From: Candidatus Bathyarchaeia archaeon
GTDB lineage: Archaea; Thermoproteota; Bathyarchaeia; 40CM-2-53-6
Direction of reading: 5' to 3'
DNA length: 64,000 nt
Assembly: GCA_049513715.1 (NCBI GenBank)
Contig: JBEKVV010000004.1
Location: 160,001 to 224,000, forward strand
In this document: piece after piece, positions 9,626-19,400 of the stretch
Position numbering within the stretch: position 1 is the first letter of the stretch
How the letters are laid out: every line of letters starts with the position of its first letter
Translations under genes and position numbers: made by a program
The notes under the pieces: generated by a model
The model's database searches: none
Told to the model about the DNA's origin: nothing
What the model saw: the letters and a program-made list of their open reading frames with translations, nothing else

Positions 9626-11755
9626 TTGGACGAAGCCAGCAGAAAAGCCCACTCGCAGCTGCTTGAAAAAATCGCTCTAGGCCTAAGAAACAAGCGCCAG
9701 AGAGCAGCTCTCTACGTCGGAACGGAAGGCGGCCGCGAACTGGTTGAAAAGGCGTACTCAGAGGTAGCTGACAGTGGCGAAATGCTCGTTGAGGCAAGAC
9801 GCATCAAACGGGATGCTATCGAGAGACTTGATGAAAATCTTGAGCGATTCATGAATGCGGCGAAATCTGCTGGAGTCACCGTTCATCTTGCGCCGGATGC
9901 CTCGGCAGCAGTCCAACTGGTTGTTGAGTTGGCCCGTCGGGCGAATGCCAAACGAATCGTCAAATCGAAATCTATGACTGGTGAGGAAATCGAGCTTCGC
10001 GACCGCCTTGAGAGCGAGGGCTTTGATGTTGTCGAAACTGATCTCGGAGAGAGAATAGTTCAGCTTGCTCACCAACGACCCTCACACATGGTTGCACCAG
10101 CGATCCACCTCGACGTGGAAGACGTAACCGAACTGTTCTCGAGGACACTCGGCAAAAAGATTCCACCTGATCCTGAGCAAATGACAGCTATCGCCCGCAA
10201 TTCCTTGCGGCAGAAGTTCCTAGAGGCGGATATGGGAATCACAGGAGCCAACTTTGCCGTAGCTGATTCAGGAGCCATCGTCCTTGTAACGAACGAGGGC
10301 AATGCTAGACTCGTCACGGCTCTTCCCAAAACGAACGTTGCCATCTTCGGCATGGAGAAAATCGTTCCCAACCTAGCCGACGCATTCACTCTGATTCAGG
10401 CATTGACTATGAGCGGTGCTGGCCGCAAAATGACCAGCTACGTAACGATTCAGAGAGGTGGGAGCAACCTTGCACAGACTGGTCAGAAGCAAGAGCAGCA
10501 CGTAATCATCATTGACAATGGCAGATCCAAAATGCGGGAAGACGCCACGTTTCGCCAGGCCCTGTACTGCCTCAGGTGCGGCTCATGTCTGGATATTTGT
10601 CCCACATTTCGAATATTCGGAGGGCATACATTCGGACACATCTACACGGGGCCGATCGGGGTCCCGTGGACCAAGTATACGGCTACACTGGACGCTGCCG
10701 GCGAAATTGCACCGCTATGCATCTCCTGCGGACTCTGCAAACATGCCTGCCCAGAAGACATCGACATCCCACTACTCATCGCTCGCGTCAAAGAAGAATA
10801 CACGAAGCAACATGGCCAACTATCAATCAACCGCACCCTGTGCAACTATGAAGCGTTCATCAACTTTGCGAGCATGACCGCCCCGCTATCCAATTTCGTA
10901 CTGGGGCTTCCAGGCTTCAGGCGGCTTCTCCAGGTACTCGTGGGAATCGACGCACGTAGACCGTTCCCAAAGTTTACTCGTCGCACTTTCAAGAAATGGT
11001 TCGCCGAACATACAACGACTGGTACTAGGCAAGTTGCTTACTTCGTTGACACGTTTGCAGATCAATGCGAAACGGACATAGGCAAAGCGGTTGTCGGAAT
11101 TCTTGAACCATACGGCTGCAAAGTAACTGTTCCCACCCAGATGGGAAGTGGGATGCCTGCTTTCCTCTATGGCGATCTGAAGCAGACCAAAAAGTCCGCG
11201 GAATTCAATGTTCTCAATCTAGCGAAATCAGTCCGTGATGGCTGCGAAATCATCTCAACTGAGCCTACCGCAACCTACTGCCTGAAGGATCTGTATCCTC
11301 ACCTTCTGCAATCTTCCGACGCGGAACTTGTTGCAGCTCATTCGCATGACCTCTTCGAATACTTGCTCCAACTGAGTAAGGATGGGATGGTAAATCTTGG
11401 AGTTCATAGAGATCAGACAGAGCCAGTGGCATACTACCCACCCTGTCATACACGTAGCACTTACGGGAATTCCCCTGTTCTGGAAGTATTGAAGGCCGCA
11501 GGCGTCGATGCTCGGGTTGTGAGGTACAATACGTGCTGTGGAATCGCTGGCACCTTTGGTTTCAAGAAAGGGCGCGAAGGTTACGATGTCTCGATGGCGG
11601 TTGGTGAGACCCTCTTCGAAAGACTGAAGGAACTAGATTGCCAACTTGTCCTCACGGAGAGTAGCGTCTGCAAGATGCAGATCGAACACGGAACAGGGAT
11701 GCGAGTTGTCCACCCAGCTGTATTCCTGTGGGAATTATTGCAGACTAGAGTTTGA
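9626..11755 (+). CDS. lutB: LutB-like LUD + 4Fe-4S protein fused to C-terminal Cys-rich (CCG) domains
   Basis: KSKSMT, ETDLGE, PSHMVAPAIH, NEGN, CLRCGSCLDICP, CISCGLCKHACP and CCGIAG motifs. Confidence 0.85.
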   Translation: MDEASRKAHSQLLEKIALGLRNKRQRAALYVGTEGGRELVEKAYSEVADSGEMLVEARRIKRDAIERLDENLERFMNAAKSAGVTVHLAPDASAAVQLVVELARRANAKRIVKSKSMTGEEIELRDRLESEGFDVVETDLGERIVQLAHQRPSHMVAPAIHLDVEDVTELFSRTLGKKIPPDPEQMTAIARNSLRQKFLEADMGITGANFAVADSGAIVLVTNEGNARLVTALPKTNVAIFGMEKIVPNLADAFTLIQALTMSGAGRKMTSYVTIQRGGSNLAQTGQKQEQHVIIIDNGRSKMREDATFRQALYCLRCGSCLDICPTFRIFGGHTFGHIYTGPIGVPWTKYTATLDAAGEIAPLCISCGLCKHACPEDIDIPLLIARVKEEYTKQHGQLSINRTLCNYEAFINFASMTAPLSNFVLGLPGFRRLLQVLVGIDARRPFPKFTRRTFKKWFAEHTTTGTRQVAYFVDTFADQCETDIGKAVVGILEPYGCKVTVPTQMGSGMPAFLYGDLKQTKKSAEFNVLNLAKSVRDGCEIISTEPTATYCLKDLYPHLLQSSDAELVAAHSHDLFEYLLQLSKDGMVNLGVHRDQTEPVAYYPPCHTRSTYGNSPVLEVLKAAGVDARVVRYNTCCGIAGTFGFKKGREGYDVSMAVGETLFERLKELDCQLVLTESSVCKMQIEHGTGMRVVHPAVFLWELLQTRV

Positions 11756-11801
11756 AACATGTTTTCGTGGATTGTGTGGTCACACGTGCGACCAGTCTCG
11801 C

Positions 11802-12917
11802 CTAAATAGAGTATATAGAGTTGCCCTCGTCTTCATTATACACTCTGCGCCTAACGACCCGAAGAAGAACCCGCTGCTCGCTGCTTGCAACAACTTTCAA
11901 GTTCAAAGTGAGCAACCCTTCCAGATATCCCCTCAGAAAATCCACGTTCTTGAGAATTGGGTTCCGCAACTCGACCGCTCCACCTAGAAGGTTCAACACG
12001 CCCCAACCCGATCGAATGTTAAACTCGCGAACCCGTTTTTCCTGGCTACGAATTCTGCATTTCTTCATGCCGTCCTTGCTCGTTGGAGAGAGTTTCTTCA
12101 AAGTGCTTCTTCCGCAAGCCATACCTACAGCATGCGCCCTCTCGCCGAGCCCGTCAACAATCATATTGAAGGTTTCAGAACGCAAGATCGAAATTCGCCC
12201 ATCCGGGCCAGGGAAAATCCCTTCGGTCCAACGATCCAAATTGAAGGTTTTGAATCTTCGAATAAGCTCCGCCAAACCCAACTCGGGATGTCTGTTGGAT
12301 TTGTACAGGGCGATTATGCGCTCCAGTTCGCGAACACTGATCTTCTCGCTTCGAACAAGATTTGCCAATTCAAGCTGTTCGTCGTGGTCAGAAACGTATG
12401 CAATGCGAATTACGTGTGAGGCCGTGAGGTGAGAATTGATGACTGCTTCTTTCGCCAAATCAGGTCGCAGTTTCTCAACGACTCGAACCCGGTCGAGAAC
12501 GTAGCTGTCGCTCTTGCCTATTGCTTTGGAGACCTGTGAAACTGTCCAGCCCTTTTGCATTAGGTTCTTGTACGCTTTTCCCTCTTCGAGGACATTCATT
12601 GACACGTTCCGCTGAATGTTCTCCACAATTCGAAACAGGAGAACTTCATCTGTACTCATCTCTTTGATGACTGCAGGTATGTCGATCCAACCTAACTGCC
12701 TACATGCCAACATTCTGTGGAAACCGAAAACGAGCTGATATCCCCCTTTTTCAGGCCTAACCATGATTGGTTGTAGAAGGCCTGAGCTCATGATAGATTT
12801 CGCCAGGTCGCTAACAACTGCTTGGCTGATTGGTCTAAGTGTCACGGTGGGCTCTTCAATGGAAGCAAGCGGCAGGTTCTGGATTTCCAGCATGGGGAAC
12901 GCACAACAATCCATCAA
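11802..12917 (-). CDS. ParB/Srx-domain + HTH protein with V4R-like C-terminal domain
   Basis: GLLQPIMVRP, VFGFHR and ENIQR ParB motifs; HTH TVSQVSKAIGKS; C-terminal SGWG and FLRGYLEGLL. Confidence 0.75.
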   Translation of the reverse strand: MMDCCAFPMLEIQNLPLASIEEPTVTLRPISQAVVSDLAKSIMSSGLLQPIMVRPEKGGYQLVFGFHRMLACRQLGWIDIPAVIKEMSTDEVLLFRIVENIQRNVSMNVLEEGKAYKNLMQKGWTVSQVSKAIGKSDSYVLDRVRVVEKLRPDLAKEAVINSHLTASHVIRIAYVSDHDEQLELANLVRSEKISVRELERIIALYKSNRHPELGLAELIRRFKTFNLDRWTEGIFPGPDGRISILRSETFNMIVDGLGERAHAVGMACGRSTLKKLSPTSKDGMKKCRIRSQEKRVREFNIRSGWGVLNLLGGAVELRNPILKNVDFLRGYLEGLLTLNLKVVASSEQRVLLRVVRRRVYNEDEGNSIYSI

Positions 12918-13035
12918 GCTTGGCGGATTTAATGGTTCCCAGTAAGAAGCAGCCTAGAAACTAGCTCCTTACTGGGCAGGAAGGCACACCTCGATCCTTT
13001 ATGGACTATTTTGGCCCATGGGAACATGAACCCCA

Positions 13036-13737
13036 ATGCAAGAACCTGTGGCGGCTGCGATCAAGATTGCTCGTAATGAAGGCCGGAAAATCCTGTTGGA
13101 GAATGAATCGAAACCACTGTGCGAAACATATGGCATACAGACACCGATGTCCCGTATCGCTAGCAGCCCGAATGACGCAGCAAAAGCGGCAGCTGGCATA
13201 GGATTCCCGGTGGCGCTCAAAGTAATCTCACCCGACATATCACACAAAACTGACGCGGGCTGCGTTAGACTCGGGCTTGGAAACGCGACAGAGGTCAGGC
13301 ATGCGTATGACGAGATTTGCGTAAACGCAAAACGCTACAACCCCAACGTGGATCTGCGCGGCGTATTAGTTGAGAGACTACAGCCAGAAGGCGTCGAAGT
13401 AATTGTGGGCGGCCTTAGAGACCCCCAATTCGGACCTGCAGTAATGTTCGGATTAGGAGGTATTCTCGTAGAGCTTTTCGCAGACTTCTCTTTCCGAGTC
13501 GCGCCACTTACGGAACCTGCCGTAAAGAGAATGATCGCGGAAGTCAAAGGATACGAGATCTTGAAGGGCTACAGGGGAAGGGAGCCAGTCGATCAAGACA
13601 GCCTCGTCAAAATCATCTTGGCCTCATCGAAACTCTTAGTTGACCACCCTGAGATTTCGGAGATGGACTTGAATCCCGTTATCCTCTACCCGAAAGGAGC
13701 GGTGGCTGTAGACGTGCGCATACGCCTGGCCTCTTAG
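13036..13737 (+). CDS. Acyl-CoA synthetase (ADP-forming) beta subunit, ATP-grasp
   Basis: GFPVALKVISPDISHKTD, DPQFGPAVMFGLGG and EMDLNP motifs. Confidence 0.9.
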   Translation: MQEPVAAAIKIARNEGRKILLENESKPLCETYGIQTPMSRIASSPNDAAKAAAGIGFPVALKVISPDISHKTDAGCVRLGLGNATEVRHAYDEICVNAKRYNPNVDLRGVLVERLQPEGVEVIVGGLRDPQFGPAVMFGLGGILVELFADFSFRVAPLTEPAVKRMIAEVKGYEILKGYRGREPVDQDSLVKIILASSKLLVDHPEISEMDLNPVILYPKGAVAVDVRIRLAS

Positions 13738-13799
13738 CATTCCATCGTAAACCGCCGGCCTTTCGCTGCCGCTTATATTGATTCAGATAACAGAATTTC

Positions 13800-15740
13800 T
13801 TGGAATCCATGGCTAAATCCTCTCTGGAACAAATGCTCCTTTCTCCCGATGCGGGTCAAAGCGCCCTCTTGATGACGAACCATGCCATTGCGCGCGCAGC
13901 AATCGAGGCCGGCGCTCGGATTGTCACAGGTTATCCTGGTACGCCCTCATCGGAAATCATAGAATCCATCGGTTCCGTGGCTGACTCTCTAGGTATTCAC
14001 GTCGAATGGGCCGTAAACGAAAAAGTTGCACTAGAGGTTGCCTCGGCTGGCGCAATTGCAGGAATTCGAGCGATGACGGTAATGAAGCATGTGGGCCTCA
14101 ACGTCGCATCAGACATATTGATGGTTCTTGGCCTGAGCGGAGTGAACGGTGGCATGGTCATAGTTGTTGGTGATGACCCTGGCGGTTGGGTCTCACAAAA
14201 CGAGCAGGACAGTCGTCTCTACGCTCGAATGGCTGATGTTCCGATGTTCGAACCGTCAAATCCACAGGAAGCATTGCGTATGACTGTTCAGGCATTCGAG
14301 GTGTCAGAACGGGTTCAACTTCCAGTGATAGTTCGAACCACATTGAAAGTAAGCCATGGAAGCGGAATCGTCACATTCGGACCCATTGCGAACTCGAAGA
14401 AACGCGGAGAGTACGTGAAAGATGTGAACCGATACTACGTCGCGGACGTCGTTGCTCAGTCACGCCACGAATGGCAACATCAACAAATGAAGAAAATGCG
14501 GAGTCTGCTTCGATCTCTCAAACTCAATCCGCTCACGCTGAAGAAAGGGCAAAGCATTGGGATTGTCTCCTCCGGCGGCGCGTACAACTTTGCCGCAGAA
14601 TCCATTCGAAACCTGGACCTGCAAGACAGGGTCGCCATGTTGAAGGTCGAAACCTCCCACCCATTACCTGATGACAAGATGAGAAGAATCCTAACCAAAA
14701 CCAGAGAGGTGCTGGTTGTCGAGGAAACCGAGCCCGTAATGGAAGACCACTTGCGAATGCTCACGTACGGTCTGAAACGGCACGCAGTAATTCACGGCAA
14801 GCGAACGGGAGCCTTACCGGGCACGAACGAACTTACTTACGAGATTGTTGCCTCTTCACTAGCGAAGCTTGCAGGAATACATATTCGGCGAAACAAGAAG
14901 GAAACTGAGGTGCGCGCTGCGATTGCCGACGCGGTTCCCCCGCGAGGGTGGACCTTGTGCGCCGGCTGCCCTCACATTGGAACTTTCTACGCCCTGAAAC
15001 GATTGACAAAGAAGACCGGAAAAGGGAAGATTGCGAATCTTGGGGATATTGGATGCATAGGCCTCGCGGCTCTTCCTCCCCTAGAGAATGTTGACACTAG
15101 CTTCTGCATGGGGTCTAGCATCGCACAAGCAGCCGGATTGGCCTATGCTGGAGTCGACATGCCCATTGTAGCCTCGATAGGTGACTCAACATTCTTTCAT
15201 TCAGGAATAGCGCCGCTCATAGACGCTGTTGCAAACGACGCTCACATATGTGTTCTGATATGTGACAATGAAACAACCGCCATGACTGGTCACCAACCGC
15301 ACCCCGGCACGGGCATAACTGCGAGTGGTAAGTCCACCAAGAAAATCAGAATTGAAGATGTTGTCCGAGCGGTCGGTGTTGAGTTCCTGGAGATAACGGA
15401 CGCATTCAACGTGACGGAAACGTACCGAGCAATTGAACGCGCATTGAAGCACCCGGGACCATCAGTGGTCATTGCCAGAGGGCCATGCGCGGAATTGACG
15501 AGGCGCCAGGCAAGACGATTGGGAACAAAACCGCGAGCATACGTGATTCATTCAGAAAAATGCAAAGGTTACGACTGCAGGGTTTGTCTTCGAGAGTTCG
15601 GATGCCCGGCAATACTGTGGGACAACGATCTGCAGAAAGCCACAATTGACTCCACGCTTTGTAACGGCTGCGGCCTTTGCACTCAAGTGTGTGTCTTCCA
15701 AGCCATTACGCAACCAGTAGGAGCAGACGCGTTACAATGA
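13800..15740 (+). CDS. iorA: Indolepyruvate:ferredoxin oxidoreductase alpha subunit
   Basis: GYPGTPSSE, NEKVALE, MKHVGLNVA, SQNEQDSR, CAGCPH, GDSTFFHSG and a C-terminal ferredoxin domain. Confidence 0.93.
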   Translation: MESMAKSSLEQMLLSPDAGQSALLMTNHAIARAAIEAGARIVTGYPGTPSSEIIESIGSVADSLGIHVEWAVNEKVALEVASAGAIAGIRAMTVMKHVGLNVASDILMVLGLSGVNGGMVIVVGDDPGGWVSQNEQDSRLYARMADVPMFEPSNPQEALRMTVQAFEVSERVQLPVIVRTTLKVSHGSGIVTFGPIANSKKRGEYVKDVNRYYVADVVAQSRHEWQHQQMKKMRSLLRSLKLNPLTLKKGQSIGIVSSGGAYNFAAESIRNLDLQDRVAMLKVETSHPLPDDKMRRILTKTREVLVVEETEPVMEDHLRMLTYGLKRHAVIHGKRTGALPGTNELTYEIVASSLAKLAGIHIRRNKKETEVRAAIADAVPPRGWTLCAGCPHIGTFYALKRLTKKTGKGKIANLGDIGCIGLAALPPLENVDTSFCMGSSIAQAAGLAYAGVDMPIVASIGDSTFFHSGIAPLIDAVANDAHICVLICDNETTAMTGHQPHPGTGITASGKSTKKIRIEDVVRAVGVEFLEITDAFNVTETYRAIERALKHPGPSVVIARGPCAELTRRQARRLGTKPRAYVIHSEKCKGYDCRVCLREFGCPAILWDNDLQKATIDSTLCNGCGLCTQVCVFQAITQPVGADALQ

Positions 15741-16369
15741 TTGGAAACTTGAACGTTGCAGTGGTCGGCGTTGGTGGCCAGGGAAACGTCCTCCTCTCAA
15801 GGATACTCGGTGAAACGGCGTTGAAGGTGGGGATCAAGGTGAGGATATCTGACACTTTTGGCGCTGCCCAGAGGGGGGCGGCGGTTCTCAGTCTCGTTAG
15901 GTTTGGGAGCAGTTATTCGCCCGTCATTCCATTAGGAAAAGCCGATGCGCTCGTGGCATTAGAGCCGAGCGAGGCCCTTCGTCAGTCACGTTTCCTTCGA
16001 CCGAACGGCTACGCCTTGATAAACACCAGAAGAATACTGCCCGTCGAAGTCCTCACGGGCAAGGCGGCGTATCCATCCACCGACAAGATTAGCGGGCTCT
16101 TGTCGGCTCTGACATCGAACTTGTACATGTTCGATGCCGCGAAACTGGCTGAACAGGCCGGCGATAGCAGAACCACAAACATGGTGATGCTCGGTGCATT
16201 AGACGGGTGTGACTGTCTGCCATTCGAGACAGAAGCGATCAAGGAAACAATAATGGATTTGGTTCCAGAGAAGATGCTCGATTCTAACCTCAAATCTTTC
16301 GAATTGGGAAGATCGTATCTTCAAAACCATCGAAAGATGGAGCCCGATCTAGGAATCGCTCTGCTGTGA
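15737..16369 (+). CDS. iorB: Indolepyruvate:ferredoxin oxidoreductase beta subunit
   Basis: GVGGQG, GAAQRG and NMVMLGAL motifs; ATG overlaps the iorA stop. Confidence 0.9.
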   Translation: MIGNLNVAVVGVGGQGNVLLSRILGETALKVGIKVRISDTFGAAQRGAAVLSLVRFGSSYSPVIPLGKADALVALEPSEALRQSRFLRPNGYALINTRRILPVEVLTGKAAYPSTDKISGLLSALTSNLYMFDAAKLAEQAGDSRTTNMVMLGALDGCDCLPFETEAIKETIMDLVPEKMLDSNLKSFELGRSYLQNHRKMEPDLGIALL

Positions 16370-17620
16370 ATTTAGAACGGGCATCGTCGTAGACCCGTGA
16401 GGCAAAACTAGAATCTTCGCACCGGCCCCTCTTTCTGCAACGGTTTCATCGATAGTCTTCTGCAAGTTCGTGCTGGATTTTAGTCCGATCATACGAAGCG
16501 TCGACGGCTTCAAGCCTTCAGTGTGCGCTATGATGTTTGCTCGGCTTCTGAGGCAGGCAACTTGGTACGCCACAATTGCGGTCACCAGATTTCGTTTCGG
16601 GTTCTGCTTGATTGATTCCAAGATTGTTTCTGGAGATGGTTTGGAGAGGAAGTACTCCAGATCCTTGGATCCTATTCCTCCTCTACATGGCGACACTAGG
16701 ATAACGGTGCTTCCATCTTTCACGATGCTTCCAGTATTCTCAAGGGGTTTTGAGCAATAGTAGAAATCACGATCATACGGAAACGCGCTCGCCACAATTA
16801 GATCAGGCTTCTCCTTCACCGGTACGGAGTAGATACTGGCGCAAACTGTGGCACCTGCTCTATGCGCTTCAAGAGGGTCGCCGGCTACAACTCTCACTAG
16901 GTCACCATCGGCGTTCTGAATTGTGTTAACGATGAAGTCTAGGTGAAGGAGTCTCGCGGCTTCATCTATCTCCTCACGGACTGGATTGTTGCTCATCTGG
17001 CCAATATTCAATTCCGCTTTCACCATCAGATGATTTTTCATCACGGTGTTGCGTCCAGCGAGACCCGGCATTACTGCTTTGCCTCCACCTGAGAAGCCAG
17101 CGTAGGGGTGTGGAACGATGTCGCCCGTGGCGATTTTGACGTCAGCTTGCACCATAGTTGAATTGATTTGAATCTCGTTCCCAAACCGAGAAACCCCTAC
17201 CGAGACTAAGTCTCTATCAGCGTCATGCTGCACTACGCGGACTCGTTTGCGGATAGCGGGTCCAACTTTTTCGTGAACCTCACCCGGTTTCATTCGCGCG
17301 TGCAGGCCGCCTCCAATTATGATGCAAATGTTCGGGTCTGCGATTCCGCCCACATTGAGTTCGTCGAGGAGCTGCGGGAGAATTTCACGATCGAAGGTTG
17401 GCCTGCTGAAATCGGAGATGGCAATCGCAGCGGTTTTCTTCCCTTTCGCGAACTCCGCTATTCTAGCCGTGCCGATTGGATTGAGCAATGCCCGGCGTAT
17501 CTCGGCGGCGTTACTGTCAACAGGAGTTGTCTTAGAAATGTCGCGAACGGTTACGTCGACGGCGTCATCGAAGGAGATCGGAAGTTGTTTCTTTCCGTAG
17601 GGTATCTTAACTTGAACCAT
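16349..17620 (-). CDS. larA: LarA family nickel-pincer racemase/epimerase
   Basis: SDFSRP, GGGLH, PHPYAGFSGGGK and NH motifs. Confidence 0.88.
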   Translation of the reverse strand: MVQVKIPYGKKQLPISFDDAVDVTVRDISKTTPVDSNAAEIRRALLNPIGTARIAEFAKGKKTAAIAISDFSRPTFDREILPQLLDELNVGGIADPNICIIIGGGLHARMKPGEVHEKVGPAIRKRVRVVQHDADRDLVSVGVSRFGNEIQINSTMVQADVKIATGDIVPHPYAGFSGGGKAVMPGLAGRNTVMKNHLMVKAELNIGQMSNNPVREEIDEAARLLHLDFIVNTIQNADGDLVRVVAGDPLEAHRAGATVCASIYSVPVKEKPDLIVASAFPYDRDFYYCSKPLENTGSIVKDGSTVILVSPCRGGIGSKDLEYFLSKPSPETILESIKQNPKRNLVTAIVAYQVACLRSRANIIAHTEGLKPSTLRMIGLKSSTNLQKTIDETVAERGAGAKILVLPHGSTTMPVLNSQQSDS

Positions 17621-17694
17621 AACTGCTTGAAACCTCGAACTTGACCGGATACATGCACTTACCAGAACTCACTGAAAGCTTCATCCGGTTGTCC

Positions 17695-18135
17695 CTATTC
17701 CGGGCGTAAGGTAAATGCGTAGCTCGGCCCATACTCAGAAATCCCTGTCACCAGACTCACCCGCGCTCCAACTTTCACATCATCCGGCTTGGCGTCGTTC
17801 AACCAAGCTAGAACTCTGACGCCTTCCTTCATCTTGACGAGCACAACTGTATATGTTGCTTGACCTGCAAAACTCGCAGGCTTTATGGCAATGCGTGTGA
17901 AGCTCTCGATCTCGCCGGTTCCATCGAGTTTTACCCATTTCGGTTCCGAGTTGAGGCAACGTGGGCAATCGGCCACAGGCGGGAAGCTAGTGTATCCGCA
18001 TTTGCTGCATTTTGACGCGCATAATTCACCTTTCTCAAGCCGGCTCCAGAACTCGGAGAGCTTCTGAGTTGGGATTTCTGAAGCAAAAGTTAAGGGCCTG
18101 GTCTTGCGTGCAGCCTTTGGTTGATTGAGCGTCAT
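17695..18135 (-). CDS. DUF35 Zn-ribbon/OB-fold thiolase partner
   Basis: CSKCG...PPVADCPRC followed by an OB fold, downstream of thiolase. Confidence 0.88.
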   Translation of the reverse strand: MTLNQPKAARKTRPLTFASEIPTQKLSEFWSRLEKGELCASKCSKCGYTSFPPVADCPRCLNSEPKWVKLDGTGEIESFTRIAIKPASFAGQATYTVVLVKMKEGVRVLAWLNDAKPDDVKVGARVSLVTGISEYGPSYAFTLRPE

Positions 18136-18139
18136 TTTC

Positions 18140-19297
18140 TCAGCTCCTCAGGATTGTCACGTAGCAGTAATGCCCTGTACCACCCACATTATGCGCTAAC
18201 GCTAAACCATTCTTGATTGGTGCTTGACTTTTCCCAGCCTGGTTACGTAGCTGTCGAGTCAGTCCCACTATCATTGAAGTTCCCGTAGCCCCGAGAGGGT
18301 GTCCTTTGGACTTGAGGCCCCCGTCTAAATTAACGGGAATCTTTCCCCCGATCTCTGTTTGGCCCTCATCTATCATTTGCCCGCCTTTGCCCCTTTCGCA
18401 GAATCCTAAATCCTCATAGGCAAGAATCTCGGCTATCGTGAAGCAATCATGCACATCCGCAACGTCAAGTTGCTTAGGCTGGACATGGGCTTTCTTGAAT
18501 GCACTCTGTGCCGCATTCACAGACGCACGTAGCCCGAGCAAATCCCCGCGCTTGGTGATATTTGCGGTATCCGACGAAATTCCCGTTGCCTCAACCCAAA
18601 CCGGGCTGTCGGTTAATGACTTTGCCTTCTCCTCTGAGGCCACTATCACCGCGGCAGCCCCATCGCTGACCGGGCAGCAGTCATAGAGTTTCAGCGGCCA
18701 CGCCACAACACGTGAGGAAAGAGCATCCTGCAGGGTCAACGGTCGCTGGAAATGGGCGTTCGGGTTAAGGGCGCCATACTTATGGTTCTTGACGGCCACC
18801 TCCGCCAACTGTTTCTCAGTTGTTCCGTACCTCTTCATGTGCTCAGTTGCATAGAGAGCATAGTAGCCTGGGAACGTCATTCCAAAGTTGTGAAACTCCC
18901 ACAAGTAGTAGCCAGCGCGCCCTATCACCTCGGTCATTGTCGGCCCATCGATGCCGAACATTTTCTCGACGCCTAACGCCATCGCGACGTCACTCTGGCC
19001 GCCCCTGATCATGTTGCAGGCCGTGACCAATGCAGCACTCCCCGTGGCGCAGGCTGCCTCACACCTGACAAGCCCCTTGCCCTCCAAGCCCAAGTATTCT
19101 GAAACAAGTACCGCGGGCAGGAAATCCTCGTACCATGTACCGGCGATGCCAACGCTCAGAAAGTCAACATCTTTTGGAGTTAGGTTAGCATCCTGGAACG
19201 CCGGTTTGGCTGCTTCGAATGCGAGCTCAGGAAGGCTCACATCACGCCGGTCACCGAACTTTGAGTGACCCACGCCCACAATTGCCACGCGAGTCAA
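18140..19297 (-). CDS. Thiolase-domain protein (archaeal/SCP2-type)
   Basis: EAACATG, HDCFT and KGHPLGATG motifs. Confidence 0.92.
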   Translation of the reverse strand: MTRVAIVGVGHSKFGDRRDVSLPELAFEAAKPAFQDANLTPKDVDFLSVGIAGTWYEDFLPAVLVSEYLGLEGKGLVRCEAACATGSAALVTACNMIRGGQSDVAMALGVEKMFGIDGPTMTEVIGRAGYYLWEFHNFGMTFPGYYALYATEHMKRYGTTEKQLAEVAVKNHKYGALNPNAHFQRPLTLQDALSSRVVAWPLKLYDCCPVSDGAAAVIVASEEKAKSLTDSPVWVEATGISSDTANITKRGDLLGLRASVNAAQSAFKKAHVQPKQLDVADVHDCFTIAEILAYEDLGFCERGKGGQMIDEGQTEIGGKIPVNLDGGLKSKGHPLGATGTSMIVGLTRQLRNQAGKSQAPIKNGLALAHNVGGTGHYCYVTILRS

Positions 19298-19400
19298 GAA
19301 TTATCCCGCCGTTTCGCTGAGCCGATTCTAAGGATTTAAAGCCCTAAGGCTCGGGAGCCATTCTTCGATTGAATAAGTCGGAAATTGTAGGTCCAAGATT

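Noticed and set aside
11802..12917. ParB as evidence of a plasmid or partition locus
   Set aside because: No ParA, replication gene or parS-like array; the context is metabolic and chromosomal
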